Source of the DNA: a bacterium
Lineage (GTDB): Bacteria > Synergistota > GBS-1
Assembly: GCA_030153785.1 (NCBI GenBank)
Contig: JASKLF010000007.1
Location: 31,899 to 95,898 of the forward strand
Length of the DNA stretch: 64,000 nucleotides
Direction of reading: 5' to 3'
Part shown: positions 28,369-38,032 of the stretch, one piece after another
How positions within the stretch are numbered: position 1 is the first letter of the stretch
How the letters are laid out: the number at the start of each line of letters is the position of its first letter
The notes under the pieces: generated by a model
The model's database searches: none
The model's input: only the letters and a program-made list of their open reading frames with translations
Told to the model about the DNA's origin: nothing
Position numbers and translations under genes: made by a program

Positions 28369-29565
28369 TTGTTAAAGCTTTCCGATAATCCTACCATCCC
28401 ATATATCGTCGGAGACGGCATCGGAAGAGACATAACTCCTGTCGGATTAAAAGTTTTAGATGCCGCAGTAGAAAAGGCTTATAAGGGAAAGAGAAAAATC
28501 AATTGGAAAAAGCTATTAGCCGGCGAGGAGGCAATAAAAGAAGTAGGGGATGTTCTTCCACAAGAAACCATCCATGAAATAAAAAAACATAAGGTAGCTA
28601 TAAAGGGGCCTCTAACCACACCCGTTGGGGGTGGATATCGTTCGGTAAATGTGGCCATAAGACAGATACTGGATCTTTATGTATGCTTCAGACCGGTAAG
28701 ATACTTTAGAGGGGTTCCATCTCCCTTAAAAAGGCCAGAGCTCATTGACATAATAGTATTTAGGGAAAATACCGAAGATGTGTATGCAGGAATAGAATGG
28801 CCCTTTAACAGTGAGGAAGCAAGAAAAACAAGAGAGTTCCTGAAAGAAACATTTGGAATAAAGCTCAGAGAGGACTCAGGCATAGGAATAAAACCTATAA
28901 GCGTTTATGGAGCGAAGAGAATGGGGAAAGCGGCAATAGAATATGCTTTACATCACGGGAGAAAATCGATAACGATAATGCATAAAGGGAACATAATGAA
29001 ATACACGGAAGGGTTATTTAGAGATGCAATATACGAGCTTGCCAAAGAAGAATGTAAGGATAAAGTCATAACTGAGGAAGAATTAATAAGAGACTACGGA
29101 GGGAAGGCTCCAGAGGGCAAAATAGTTTTAAAGGACAGAATAGCCGATGCAATGTTCCAAGAACTCCTTTTAAGACCTGAAGAATACGATATCTTAGTTA
29201 CACCAAACTTAAATGGAGATTACGTTTCTGATGCGGTAGCAGCTCAGGTAGGTGGATTGGGAATAGCCCCGGGTGCAAACATAAACTTTGAAACAGGGAT
29301 AGCCGTCTTCGAGGCTACCCATGGCTCTGCACCCAAATTTGCTGGGAAGAACATGGCTAATCCATGTTCCTTCATACTTTCAGGAGCGGAAATGCTTGAG
29401 TACATAGGCTGGAAAGAAGCCAAAGAACTAATAATAGAAGGCATTCAAAGGGCTATAGAGGAAAAGTATGTGACCTTTGATTTGGCCCAACAAATGGAAG
29501 GAGCAAGGGAAGTTTCTACAAGCGAATTTGGAGAGAGAGTAATTGACCATATAAAAAACATGTAG
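28369..29565 (+). CDS. icd: Isocitrate dehydrogenase (E. coli-type)
   Basis: GDGIG, IKGPLTTPVGGGYRSVNV, RENTED, HKGNIMK, NLNGDY, EATHGSAPK. Confidence 0.95.
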   Translation: MLKLSDNPTIPYIVGDGIGRDITPVGLKVLDAAVEKAYKGKRKINWKKLLAGEEAIKEVGDVLPQETIHEIKKHKVAIKGPLTTPVGGGYRSVNVAIRQILDLYVCFRPVRYFRGVPSPLKRPELIDIIVFRENTEDVYAGIEWPFNSEEARKTREFLKETFGIKLREDSGIGIKPISVYGAKRMGKAAIEYALHHGRKSITIMHKGNIMKYTEGLFRDAIYELAKEECKDKVITEEELIRDYGGKAPEGKIVLKDRIADAMFQELLLRPEEYDILVTPNLNGDYVSDAVAAQVGGLGIAPGANINFETGIAVFEATHGSAPKFAGKNMANPCSFILSGAEMLEYIGWKEAKELIIEGIQRAIEEKYVTFDLAQQMEGAREVSTSEFGERVIDHIKNM

Positions 29566-29611
29566 TAGAATAGTTAAACATCTTGCCACCCCCCCTAAAA
29601 CACTTTAACAG

Positions 29612-29648
29612 TCCCCTCTCACGGGTATGGTGAGAGGGGATTACTTTT
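29612..29648 (+). terminator. Intrinsic terminator after icd
   Basis: TCCCCTCTCAC-N7-GTGAGAGGGGA followed by TTACTTTT. Confidence 0.7.
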
Positions 29649-29673
29649 AATCAAGATATGATAAAATAACCCT

Positions 29674-30069
29674 ATGAATAGGTGGAAGGATTGGTATGAG
29701 CAAGCCAAAAGGGATTTAGAGAGAGCTAAAATCGATGTGGAGCACAGATACTACGAATGGGCCTGTTTTACTTGCCAGCAAGCTACAGAAAAAGTGATAA
29801 AAGCTTTAGGAATGAAAATGGGATTAGAACTATGGGGGCACTCTTTATTAGAAATGCTAAAAATTTTGGAAGAAGAAACGGAGATAGAAATCCCCCAAAA
29901 TCTTAAGCTCATGGCAAAAGAGCTTGATAAATACTATATTCCCACGAGATACCCTAACGGGTTTCCAAGCGGTAAACCTGCAGATTATTTTTCCGAGATA
30001 GATGCCGAAAGGGCAATAAATGCGGCGAATAGTATCTTCAGGTTCTGTGAAAGCATTTTCAATAAATAG
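29674..30069 (+). CDS. HEPN domain protein (COG2250 / HEPN-T type)
   Basis: ACFTCQQATEK..KA, WGHSL, LDKYYIPTRYPN. Confidence 0.9.
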   Translation: MNRWKDWYEQAKRDLERAKIDVEHRYYEWACFTCQQATEKVIKALGMKMGLELWGHSLLEMLKILEEETEIEIPQNLKLMAKELDKYYIPTRYPNGFPSGKPADYFSEIDAERAINAANSIFRFCESIFNK

Positions 30070-30364
30070 ATATGACCTCTTAAATAGACTTCGAGAGATA
30101 TCAAAAGAGTTAAAGACGCGGTTTCTTTATGTAGAAGATGTATTTCTATTTGGCTCCTTTGCCAGAGAAGAAGAAAGAGGGTTAAGCGACATAGACCTCT
30201 TAGTAGTGGTCAAGGAGCTTTCTAAAGAAAACTTTTGGAAGATCTTCAGCGAACTCTATGACTTCATCTCAGAAAAACTCGACATAGCCTTTGACCTCAT
30301 AGTTATCTCAAAAGAAAGCTTCGAGCAAAACCCTAACAAATTCGGAAAAATCCTAAGAATTTGA
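30020..30364 (+). CDS. Minimal nucleotidyltransferase (MNT)
   Basis: LFGS-X10-DID motif (GSFAREEERGLSDID). Confidence 0.9.
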   Translation: MRRIVSSGSVKAFSINRYDLLNRLREISKELKTRFLYVEDVFLFGSFAREEERGLSDIDLLVVVKELSKENFWKIFSELYDFISEKLDIAFDLIVISKESFEQNPNKFGKILRI

Positions 30365-32221
30365 CCCAGATTTTCCTCTATAAAGCTCCTTATAGACTCT
30401 ATAAGCTGCCATAACTTTCCTCACATAGTTTCTCGTTTCGCGGAAAGGTAGGCTTTCCGCCCACTCCTCCCAATCCTTAGCCTTTATGCTTTTAAGCCAT
30501 CTGTCCACATTTCCGCTTCCCGCATTATACGCCGCCAAAGCAAGATAAAGGTTTCCCCTATATCGATCCAAAAGCTCCTTAAGATGTTTTATCCCAACCC
30601 TTATATTCACTTCCGGAACAAAAAGGGTGCCTCTTTCCCTTACTCCATAAGCCTTTCCAGTAAAGGGCATAAGCTGCATAAGCCCTATCGCCCCCGCCCA
30701 AGAAACCGCCTGTGGATCAAACCTACTCTCCTGATGGATAACCGCAAGCACAAGAAGTGGATCTACCTTTTCCCTCTTGGCAACCCGGAGAATATAATCA
30801 TAGTGATCACCCAAAGGATAAGCCTTCCTCCATATAGTTATACTCCTAAACCCAGAATTAATGAGAAAATAAGCGTAGGCTATTGAAGAGCTGTAATTAG
30901 AAAGCTTTTCACTAACCAAGGAGAGAAAGTAGTTCCTCGAAGATATCTTTAAATTCTCAAGCAGGTTCACCCTAAGGAAAGCAATCTCCCAAAATCCGGT
31001 TTTATACAATCTCATTAAAAGCCTATCCTTAGGAAGGGGTGGCATCTTTTCGTTAGAAGATACCCCATATCTTCTGACGGTGTAATACTCTGTGGGGAAG
31101 GAAGCCAAAAGCTCGGCCTTTGCCTTATCCCGAGAATAAAGACCAACTTTAGAAAGATAATAAATCACCTTAGCGTAAGTTAAGCTTCCTTTATGATGAT
31201 TAAATACCAATGTCCACTCCTTCATCGCATCTTTATACTTTCGGGAAACATATTTTCCCCATCCATCAAACCATGCCATCTCCAAGGCCCAATCAGAGGC
31301 CGGAAATTTACTCTTTAATAAATTCTTGAATTTAGGGTCACCAGTTAAGTAATACAGATAATAAACTATTAATGGCTTATTCTTCGAATCCTTCCTAAGT
31401 AAATTATAAAGCAAAGCGATACCCTCGCCTTTTTTATTAAGGCTCTCAGCAAGGTTAACGAATCTTCTTAACAAGGCCTCGCTAACAACGCCTCTTTTTA
31501 AAAGGGTCGTATAAGCGTTGAAAGCCTCCCTCTTAAGATTAAGCCTTTCTAAAGTCAATCCTTCCCAAAACTTCCTACCTGATTTTCTAAAATAATACAA
31601 AGCTGTTTTGTAATTATTTCGGTAATAGTAAGCCATTCCTACCCTATAAAGAAGCTCGCTTGAAGGTTTTTTAACCTTCCGATAAAGCTTAAGAAGCATA
31701 TCGTTAGCCCATTCATCGTTAGGATCCTTCTCAAGAACTTTCAGAAGCCACTCAAGGGCTTTTTCATACTTGCCCATACTGTAAGCTATAGAGGCGAGTC
31801 TTCCGCAAGCGAGCTTCTTCAGATAATCGGTGCCCGAAGTCAAAACTATGAGGTAAAAATCATAAGCCTTCGTTAGACTTCCCATCTTCTCGTAAAGCTG
31901 GGCTATTCTGTAAGGCAATATGGCCTTAAGCTCCAATGGAAGCCCTTCCTTCTTCTCCCACAGCTCATTGAAACGAACAAAGGCTTCAGAATATTCCTCT
32001 TTATACATATGAATTAGCCCCATGTAAAATCTAACGTAAGGAGAAAGCTCTTTGCTTTCAGGTAAAATATCGCTATAAAGCTTCAATGCTTCGTCAAGCT
32101 TGTTTGCCATTCTCTTCTGATTGGCCAAGGAAATTACATCGTCGATTGAGGCACCGTAGGAAATCTCGGTAAAAACCAAAAAGAAGTAAACAAAAATAAT
32201 ACTACTTATTATTTTCCTCAT
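30353..32221 (-). CDS. Soluble lytic transglycosylase with TPR repeats (Slt70-like)
   Basis: IHQES, GAIGLMQLMP, AAYNAG, ETRNYV; signal peptide and TPRs. Confidence 0.9.
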   Translation of the reverse strand: MRKIISSIIFVYFFLVFTEISYGASIDDVISLANQKRMANKLDEALKLYSDILPESKELSPYVRFYMGLIHMYKEEYSEAFVRFNELWEKKEGLPLELKAILPYRIAQLYEKMGSLTKAYDFYLIVLTSGTDYLKKLACGRLASIAYSMGKYEKALEWLLKVLEKDPNDEWANDMLLKLYRKVKKPSSELLYRVGMAYYYRNNYKTALYYFRKSGRKFWEGLTLERLNLKREAFNAYTTLLKRGVVSEALLRRFVNLAESLNKKGEGIALLYNLLRKDSKNKPLIVYYLYYLTGDPKFKNLLKSKFPASDWALEMAWFDGWGKYVSRKYKDAMKEWTLVFNHHKGSLTYAKVIYYLSKVGLYSRDKAKAELLASFPTEYYTVRRYGVSSNEKMPPLPKDRLLMRLYKTGFWEIAFLRVNLLENLKISSRNYFLSLVSEKLSNYSSSIAYAYFLINSGFRSITIWRKAYPLGDHYDYILRVAKREKVDPLLVLAVIHQESRFDPQAVSWAGAIGLMQLMPFTGKAYGVRERGTLFVPEVNIRVGIKHLKELLDRYRGNLYLALAAYNAGSGNVDRWLKSIKAKDWEEWAESLPFRETRNYVRKVMAAYRVYKELYRGKSGSNS

Positions 32222-32330
32222 CACCTTAACCTCCCTCTTCTTGAACCCCATAGAGGATACCATTATCTATGCTATAATGAGTTTGGAAAAAGCTCAAGGG
32301 TATAAGTAGAAAAAAATGAGGTGAGCTCAT

Positions 32331-33059
32331 GTGATTTACATCGGGACCTCCGGTTGGTTTTATAGAGGATGGAAGGGATCCTATTACCCCGTCGAGCTAC
32401 CTCAAAATAAATGGTTTAGTTTCTATGTGAAAGACTTTAATACCGTTGAGATAAACTCTACCTTCTACAGAGGAGCAAAAAGAAGTAACTTAAGAAAATG
32501 GAAGAAAGAGGTTCCTCCAGACTTCCTGTTTGCCCTTAAAGCCTTTAGGATAATAACCCATATTAAGAAGCTTAAAAACGCCTCCGAAGAAGTTCAGAGC
32601 TTTATAAAAGAAGCCCAAGGTCTGGAAGAAAACCTTGGGCCTATCCTCTTTCAGCTTCCACCATCCTTGAAGTGTTCACCAGAACTGCTAAGAGATTTTT
32701 TAAATCACCTTCCCGAAGGATTCAGGTTCGCCTTTGAGTTCCGAGATCCAAGCTGGTTCGATTCCAGAGAAGTAGAAGACCTCCTTACCCAGAAAAACTG
32801 CGCCTTTGTTATAGTAAGCGCTCCGAAATTGCCAGAGACCTTTAAGGTGACGGCCGATTGGCTATACATAAGGTTTCACGGTAAAACGACATGGTATAAC
32901 TACCTCTACTCTGACAAGGAGATGGAGTTTTGGGCTTCCCGAATAAAAGAAGTTTCCGCCACTTTAAAAGATATCTTCGTATACTTCAACAATGACGTTA
33001 AGGCCTATGCCGTTCAAAATGCAAAGATGCTAAAAAATCTGTTATATTCCACAGGTTGA
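32331..33059 (+). CDS. DUF72 family protein
   Basis: IGTSGW, TVEINSTFY, FQLPPS, EFR, YIRFHG, YFNND. Confidence 0.9.
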   Translation: MIYIGTSGWFYRGWKGSYYPVELPQNKWFSFYVKDFNTVEINSTFYRGAKRSNLRKWKKEVPPDFLFALKAFRIITHIKKLKNASEEVQSFIKEAQGLEENLGPILFQLPPSLKCSPELLRDFLNHLPEGFRFAFEFRDPSWFDSREVEDLLTQKNCAFVIVSAPKLPETFKVTADWLYIRFHGKTTWYNYLYSDKEMEFWASRIKEVSATLKDIFVYFNNDVKAYAVQNAKMLKNLLYSTG

Positions 33060-33227
33060 ACATGTGCCCGTTGAACATGTAGAGCAACCTCCGCCAGACC
33101 CTCCCTTTCTGCGTAAGGTTTCACCCTTCAGCAATATGAGAGTCCTACTGCCACACTTTGGACAGCGAAACTCTCCCTTTTCAACCTGAAAGATTTCTCC
33201 ACAGGAGGCACATTTAAACTCCCTCAT
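33042..33227 (-). CDS. FmdB-like zinc-ribbon protein with a Cys-rich tail
   Basis: EFKCASCG...CPKCGS and GGCSTCSTGTCSTC. Confidence 0.75.
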   Translation of the reverse strand: MREFKCASCGEIFQVEKGEFRCPKCGSRTLILLKGETLRRKGGSGGGCSTCSTGTCSTCGI

Positions 33228-34111
33228 AACCTTTCCACCTCCTCAAGAAGCTTCCTTAAATCTTCCCTTTCGAATACATATTTCGTATTACAGAATTTAC
33301 ATTCCACCTCTCCTCTGCCTTCGGAAAGCATTCTTTCTATCTCTTCCTTACCAAGCGATAGGATCATGGCCTCCACTTTATCTCTGCTACAGGTGCATTT
33401 AAATTCGACCTTCCGAGTTTCTAACCACTCAGGTTTTACGTCTTTTCCTAAGAGCTCCTCAACTATCTCCTCAGGCGTCATACCATCATCAAGTTTTCTA
33501 CTTACCGAACCAAGCCTCGCAAAAGAGGCTTCAAGGAAAGAAACGAAACTCTCGCTTACCTCCGGCATAAGCTGTATTATAACTCCACCTGCCGAAGCTA
33601 TCAACCTCTTAGGATTAACCAAAACCCCTAAAGCTACAGCGGAAGGAACTTGCTCCGAAATTCTATAGTATTCCGCTATATCAATGGCTATACCCCCGCT
33701 TACAAGCGGTATCCTTGTAATATAAGGCTCCCTCAATCCATAGTCCTTTATAACGATAAGTTCTCCGTCTCCCACCGCCTTCTCCACATCTATCTTCCCC
33801 TGCTCATTTGGAGGAAGATCTACATGAGGGTTTTTAATATAACCCCTTACTCCTCCTTGCGTATCAGCATCGGCTATCATGCCACCTACAGGACCATTAC
33901 ATACCACCTGAAGGGTTAGCCTGCCATTGGGAACTTTCATGTCCCAACCCATCATAACAGCAGCGCAAACCAGCCTTCCTAAAGCGGCAATCGATGTAGG
34001 AGACGCATCCTGACGCTTCCTTATTTCAAGCAACGTATTAGTAATCCTCGACGCTATTATCCTCACACTACCATCCAGAGCTACTCCTCTAACCATATAG
34101 TCCTCCTTCAA
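33224..34111 (-). CDS. hslO: Hsp33 redox-regulated chaperone
   Basis: SEQVPS, AGG..IQLMP, C-terminal CTC...CKFC zinc switch. Confidence 0.93.
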   Translation of the reverse strand: MKEDYMVRGVALDGSVRIIASRITNTLLEIRKRQDASPTSIAALGRLVCAAVMMGWDMKVPNGRLTLQVVCNGPVGGMIADADTQGGVRGYIKNPHVDLPPNEQGKIDVEKAVGDGELIVIKDYGLREPYITRIPLVSGGIAIDIAEYYRISEQVPSAVALGVLVNPKRLIASAGGVIIQLMPEVSESFVSFLEASFARLGSVSRKLDDGMTPEEIVEELLGKDVKPEWLETRKVEFKCTCSRDKVEAMILSLGKEEIERMLSEGRGEVECKFCNTKYVFEREDLRKLLEEVERL

Positions 34112-34127
34112 ACAAACTCCCTCCCTT

Positions 34128-35123
34128 TCAAACTAAAGGAAAGTGACAAGCCACCCAATGCTCTGAAGAAACCTCCCTCATCTCCGGCTCCTTAACAAGG
34201 CACTCCTCTTTGGCGGAGGGACACCTTGGATGAAACCTGCAACCCGAGGGAAGGTCTATTGGATTCGGTATCTCTCCGCTTAAGAGGATTTCACCCCTTT
34301 TGGCTTTCACATCAGGAACGGGAATAGCAGAAAGAAGGGCTTTCGTATAAGGATGAGCCGGGTAGAGATAAAGGTCCCTCAGCCTGCCAAATTCCACTAT
34401 CTTCCCTAAATACATAACCGCTATTTTATCACAAATATACTTTGCCGTAGAAAGATCATGAGTTATAAAAAGGTAAGTAAGATTGAGCTCCCTTTTAAGC
34501 TCTATCATCAACTCTAAAAGCTTCGCTCTAACTGAAACATCGAGCATGGAAAGAGGCTCATCCGCCACAACAAACTTCGGTCTTAAAATCAAAGCTCTTG
34601 CTATAACTACCCTTTGCCTCTGTCCCCCCGAAAGCTCATGAGGGTATTTATCATAAAAGGCATCGGGAGGGCTCAATCCCATCCTTTCAAGCATCTTCAA
34701 AACCTTATTCTTCTGCTCTCTTTCCGTCCCGATACCATGAATAACCAATGGGTGTCTCACCGCTTCACCTATCTTCATATGAGGACAAAGTGAAGCCATG
34801 GGGTCCTGAAAAATTATTTGAAACTTTCTTCTCCTCTCTCTTAACTCCTTCCCAGAAAGAAGGGTTATATCCTCACCATCGAAAAAGATCCTGCCCTCCG
34901 TAGGCTCAAGGAGCCTCACCAGCAATCTCCCCACGGTTGTCTTACCGCTTCCCGATTCTCCTATAAGCCCTAAAGTTTCGCCGGAAGCTATATCGAAAGA
35001 GACATCATCAACGGCGCGTATAAAGATACCGCCACGGGAAAAAAGGCTCCCTATCAATCCCCTTCTAACCGGAAAATACTTTTTAAGTCCTTCAACCCTA
35101 ACTAAGCTATCCATGCTAACCAT
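34128..35123 (-). CDS. Peptide ABC transporter ATPase (OppF/DppF)
   Basis: [31 protein letters not shown]. Confidence 0.92.
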   Translation of the reverse strand: MVSMDSLVRVEGLKKYFPVRRGLIGSLFSRGGIFIRAVDDVSFDIASGETLGLIGESGSGKTTVGRLLVRLLEPTEGRIFFDGEDITLLSGKELRERRRKFQIIFQDPMASLCPHMKIGEAVRHPLVIHGIGTEREQKNKVLKMLERMGLSPPDAFYDKYPHELSGGQRQRVVIARALILRPKFVVADEPLSMLDVSVRAKLLELMIELKRELNLTYLFITHDLSTAKYICDKIAVMYLGKIVEFGRLRDLYLYPAHPYTKALLSAIPVPDVKAKRGEILLSGEIPNPIDLPSGCRFHPRCPSAKEECLVKEPEMREVSSEHWVACHFPLV

Positions 35124-36072
35124 AGTATTTCCAACATCTCACAAATCTACTTTTACTTATCCTGAAAACCTCGGGTTCCTTAAAACTACATATATCCATA
35201 GCTTCAAAACAACGGGGGTAAAATCTACAGCCTTTTGGAGGGTTTAAAAGATCCGGCGGAGAGCCCTCCAAGGAATGAAGGTCAAAATCCTCAAGGTCCA
35301 GATTGGGAACGGAAAAAAGCAAAGCCTTCGAATAAGGGTGAAGAGGCGCTGAAAAAAACTCCTCGGTAAAGGCGATCTCCACAACCTTACCAGCATACAT
35401 AACCATAACCCTATCTGCAACCTGCGCAACTACTCCAAGATCGTGCGTTATAAGAACTATGGTCAAACCAAACTCTTCCCTTAAGCGCCTTATAAGGTCT
35501 AAAACCCCCGCTTGAACTACCACATCAAGGGAAGTAGTAGGCTCATCAGCCACAATAAGCTTGGGCTTTAACACAAGCGCAAGCGCAATCATAACTCTCT
35601 GTCTCTGCCCTCCAGAAAGCTCAAAAGGGTAGGCTTCAAGCTTCTGAGGAGGGATACCCACAGAACCAAGAACTTCCGAAGCCATCTTTAAAGCCTCCTC
35701 TTCAGAGAGGGCGAGATGAGTCCTTATCGTTTCTAAAAAATGCTCTTTTATCTTCAAAACCGGATTTAAGCTCGTCATAGGGTCCTGAAATACCATGGCT
35801 ATCTCCTTACCCCTTAAGGCTCTAATCTCCTCCTCCGAAAGCTTAACTATATCTCTGCCATCAAACAAAAGCTCACCTTCAAGCTTACTTCCCGGAGGAA
35901 GAAGCCGTAAAAAACTGAGGCCAAGCGTTGTTTTACCACAACCGGACTCTCCCACGATTCCAACTATTTCACCTTTATCAACAGAAAAGCTAACATCGTC
36001 AACCGCCCATAAAGTTCCACCTTCAACATTGTAACCTACCTTAAGTCTTCTGACTTCAAGCAAAGCTTCCAT
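35116..36072 (-). CDS. Peptide ABC transporter ATPase (OppD/DppD)
   Basis: [25 protein letters not shown]. Confidence 0.92.
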   Translation of the reverse strand: MEALLEVRRLKVGYNVEGGTLWAVDDVSFSVDKGEIVGIVGESGCGKTTLGLSFLRLLPPGSKLEGELLFDGRDIVKLSEEEIRALRGKEIAMVFQDPMTSLNPVLKIKEHFLETIRTHLALSEEEALKMASEVLGSVGIPPQKLEAYPFELSGGQRQRVMIALALVLKPKLIVADEPTTSLDVVVQAGVLDLIRRLREEFGLTIVLITHDLGVVAQVADRVMVMYAGKVVEIAFTEEFFSAPLHPYSKALLFSVPNLDLEDFDLHSLEGSPPDLLNPPKGCRFYPRCFEAMDICSFKEPEVFRISKSRFVRCWKYYG

Positions 36073-36080
36073 CCTCTTAT

Positions 36081-36941
36081 CTACCTTTCCTTGAGGCGAG
36101 GATTAAACCTTTCATCCAAACCTTCTCCAAAGAGGCTAAAACCCAAGGTCAAAAGAACTATCATCAAACCCGGATAAAAAACCATCCACCACCTATTTTG
36201 CAGTATAAACCTCTGGCCGTTAGAAAGATCGAAACCCCAATCCGGAGTAGGAGGAGGAGCTCCCAGACCTAAAAAGCTCAAACCTGCCTCGGTTAAGACT
36301 GCATCGGCAAGATTCATGGAAAGTATAACAAGTATTGATGGTAAAACGCTCCGAAAGATATATTTAGTTAAGATAGTCCAATCGTCAGCTCCCAGCGCCC
36401 TTGCAGCTTCCACATAAAGCTCGCTTTTAACCGAACTTACCTGATTCCTCACCACTCTAAAATAGGTGGGAATATATATGGTAGCTATGGAAAGAGAGAT
36501 ATTAACCACGCCCGGGCCTAAAACAGCAGCTATGGCGATGGCCAATATTAATCCGGGAAAGGAGTAAATGGAATCCATAATAAGGCTCATAACTCTGTCA
36601 AAGATTCCTCCCCTGTAGCCCGAAATGAAACCCAATGGGACACCGATCAAAGCAGCGAAAAGGGTAGCGGTAAAAGCGATGGTTAAGGCGATTCTCGTGC
36701 CCCAAACAACCCTGCTAAAAACATCCCTTCCCAAATTATCGGTTCCCATTATAAACTCCCTGCTTGGGGGAGAAAAAGAATACCCCACAGGCATTATGGG
36801 ATTGTAAGGAGCTATAAGAGGAGCGAAGATAAAAAGAACCATAAAAAAAGAAAGAATAACTCCCCCAACGGTTAAAGCGATACCCCCTCTCCCTTTCAAA
36901 AGCCTTTTCAAAAGAATATGAATCCCCCTAAACTCCAACAA
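36081..36941 (-). CDS. Peptide ABC transporter permease (OppC/DppC)
   Basis: GTDNLGRDV, YVEAARALG, EAGLSFLGLG. Confidence 0.92.
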   Translation of the reverse strand: MLEFRGIHILLKRLLKGRGGIALTVGGVILSFFMVLFIFAPLIAPYNPIMPVGYSFSPPSREFIMGTDNLGRDVFSRVVWGTRIALTIAFTATLFAALIGVPLGFISGYRGGIFDRVMSLIMDSIYSFPGLILAIAIAAVLGPGVVNISLSIATIYIPTYFRVVRNQVSSVKSELYVEAARALGADDWTILTKYIFRSVLPSILVILSMNLADAVLTEAGLSFLGLGAPPPTPDWGFDLSNGQRFILQNRWWMVFYPGLMIVLLTLGFSLFGEGLDERFNPRLKER

Positions 36942-36953
36942 ACCATACCTCCC

Positions 36954-37982
36954 CTAATATCTAACTCGAGGATCTATAAAGGCACATATCATATCCACTA
37001 TCACGCTCACCAAAGCCACAAGCAACGCATAAAAAACGATAACACCTTGAACTGCGGCAAAATCCCTATACCTTATCCTCATTATTAGAAAGGTTCCCAC
37101 ACCGGGCCAGGAAAAGGTGGTCTCGGTTAAAACCGCTCCCCCCAAAAGCAGGGCAAATTCGAGCCCCAGCATAGTAATTACTGGAATTAAAGCATTCTTA
37201 AGAGCATGCCTGTAAAGCACTCTCCTTTCGGAGATTCCTCTTGCCCTCGCTGCCCTTATGAAATCTAACCTTAACACCTCCACCATGTTTCCCCTTACCA
37301 ACCTCAAGAAGACTCCCGAAAGAACTATTCCTAAAGTTAAAGAGGGAAGAAAGAGGTGTTTAAGGGAGTTTAAGAAGGAAGCAAGGTTCATGGTAAGTAA
37401 GCTGTCTAAAAGATAAAGTCCCGTTATGTGCTCTGGCTCCATTAAGGGCGATATCCTACCCGAAACGGGGAAAAACCCCAGCTTTACACCGAAAAGAAGC
37501 TGAAACATCATCCCCAACCAGAAAACGGGAAGAGCATAAACTACAACAGCATAAAACCTAAAAGCCTCGTCAAAGGAGCTTCCCAGCCTTCGAGAAGATT
37601 CGACACCCAAAAACAACCCCAAAATAAAGGCTATAAGCAAAGAAAAAATGGTTAACTCCAGCGTAGCCGGAAATCTCTCAAGAATTTCATCCAAGACAGG
37701 TCTACGCGTAAGCATGGACCTGCCAAAATCACCCTTAAGCAAGCCACCTAAATAGCTAAAATACTGAAAGATAATGGGTTTATCAAGTCCAAGCTTCTCC
37801 CTGATTTCAGCCTTTTGTTCTGGAGAAGCCTTTGGACCGAGAATAGCACTAACAGGGTCTCCGGGAAGGACCCTTAGTATTATAAAAACAAAGGTTAATA
37901 GGATTAAGATCATCGGAATCATTAATATAAATCTCGTGAGAACGTAACTTCGAAGGGAAGGCAAAAACGAAAACACCTCCAT
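36954..37982 (-). CDS. Peptide ABC transporter permease (OppB/DppB)
   Basis: PGDPV, GLDKP, FIRAARARG, HALKNA, ETTFSWPG. Confidence 0.92.
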   Translation of the reverse strand: MEVFSFLPSLRSYVLTRFILMIPMILILLTFVFIILRVLPGDPVSAILGPKASPEQKAEIREKLGLDKPIIFQYFSYLGGLLKGDFGRSMLTRRPVLDEILERFPATLELTIFSLLIAFILGLFLGVESSRRLGSSFDEAFRFYAVVVYALPVFWLGMMFQLLFGVKLGFFPVSGRISPLMEPEHITGLYLLDSLLTMNLASFLNSLKHLFLPSLTLGIVLSGVFLRLVRGNMVEVLRLDFIRAARARGISERRVLYRHALKNALIPVITMLGLEFALLLGGAVLTETTFSWPGVGTFLIMRIRYRDFAAVQGVIVFYALLVALVSVIVDMICAFIDPRVRY

Positions 37983-37988
37983 ACCTTT

Positions 37989-38025
37989 TTAAGGTGGGGC
38001 AAAAACCGTTTTTGCCCCACCTTAA
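37989..38025. other. Long palindrome between the solute-binding protein and permease genes (mRNA stabiliser or partial terminator)
   Basis: 18-bp perfect inverted repeat TTAAGGTGGGGCAAAAAC-C-GTTTTTGCCCCACCTTAA. Confidence 0.6.
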
Positions 38026-38032
38026 TTACAGC

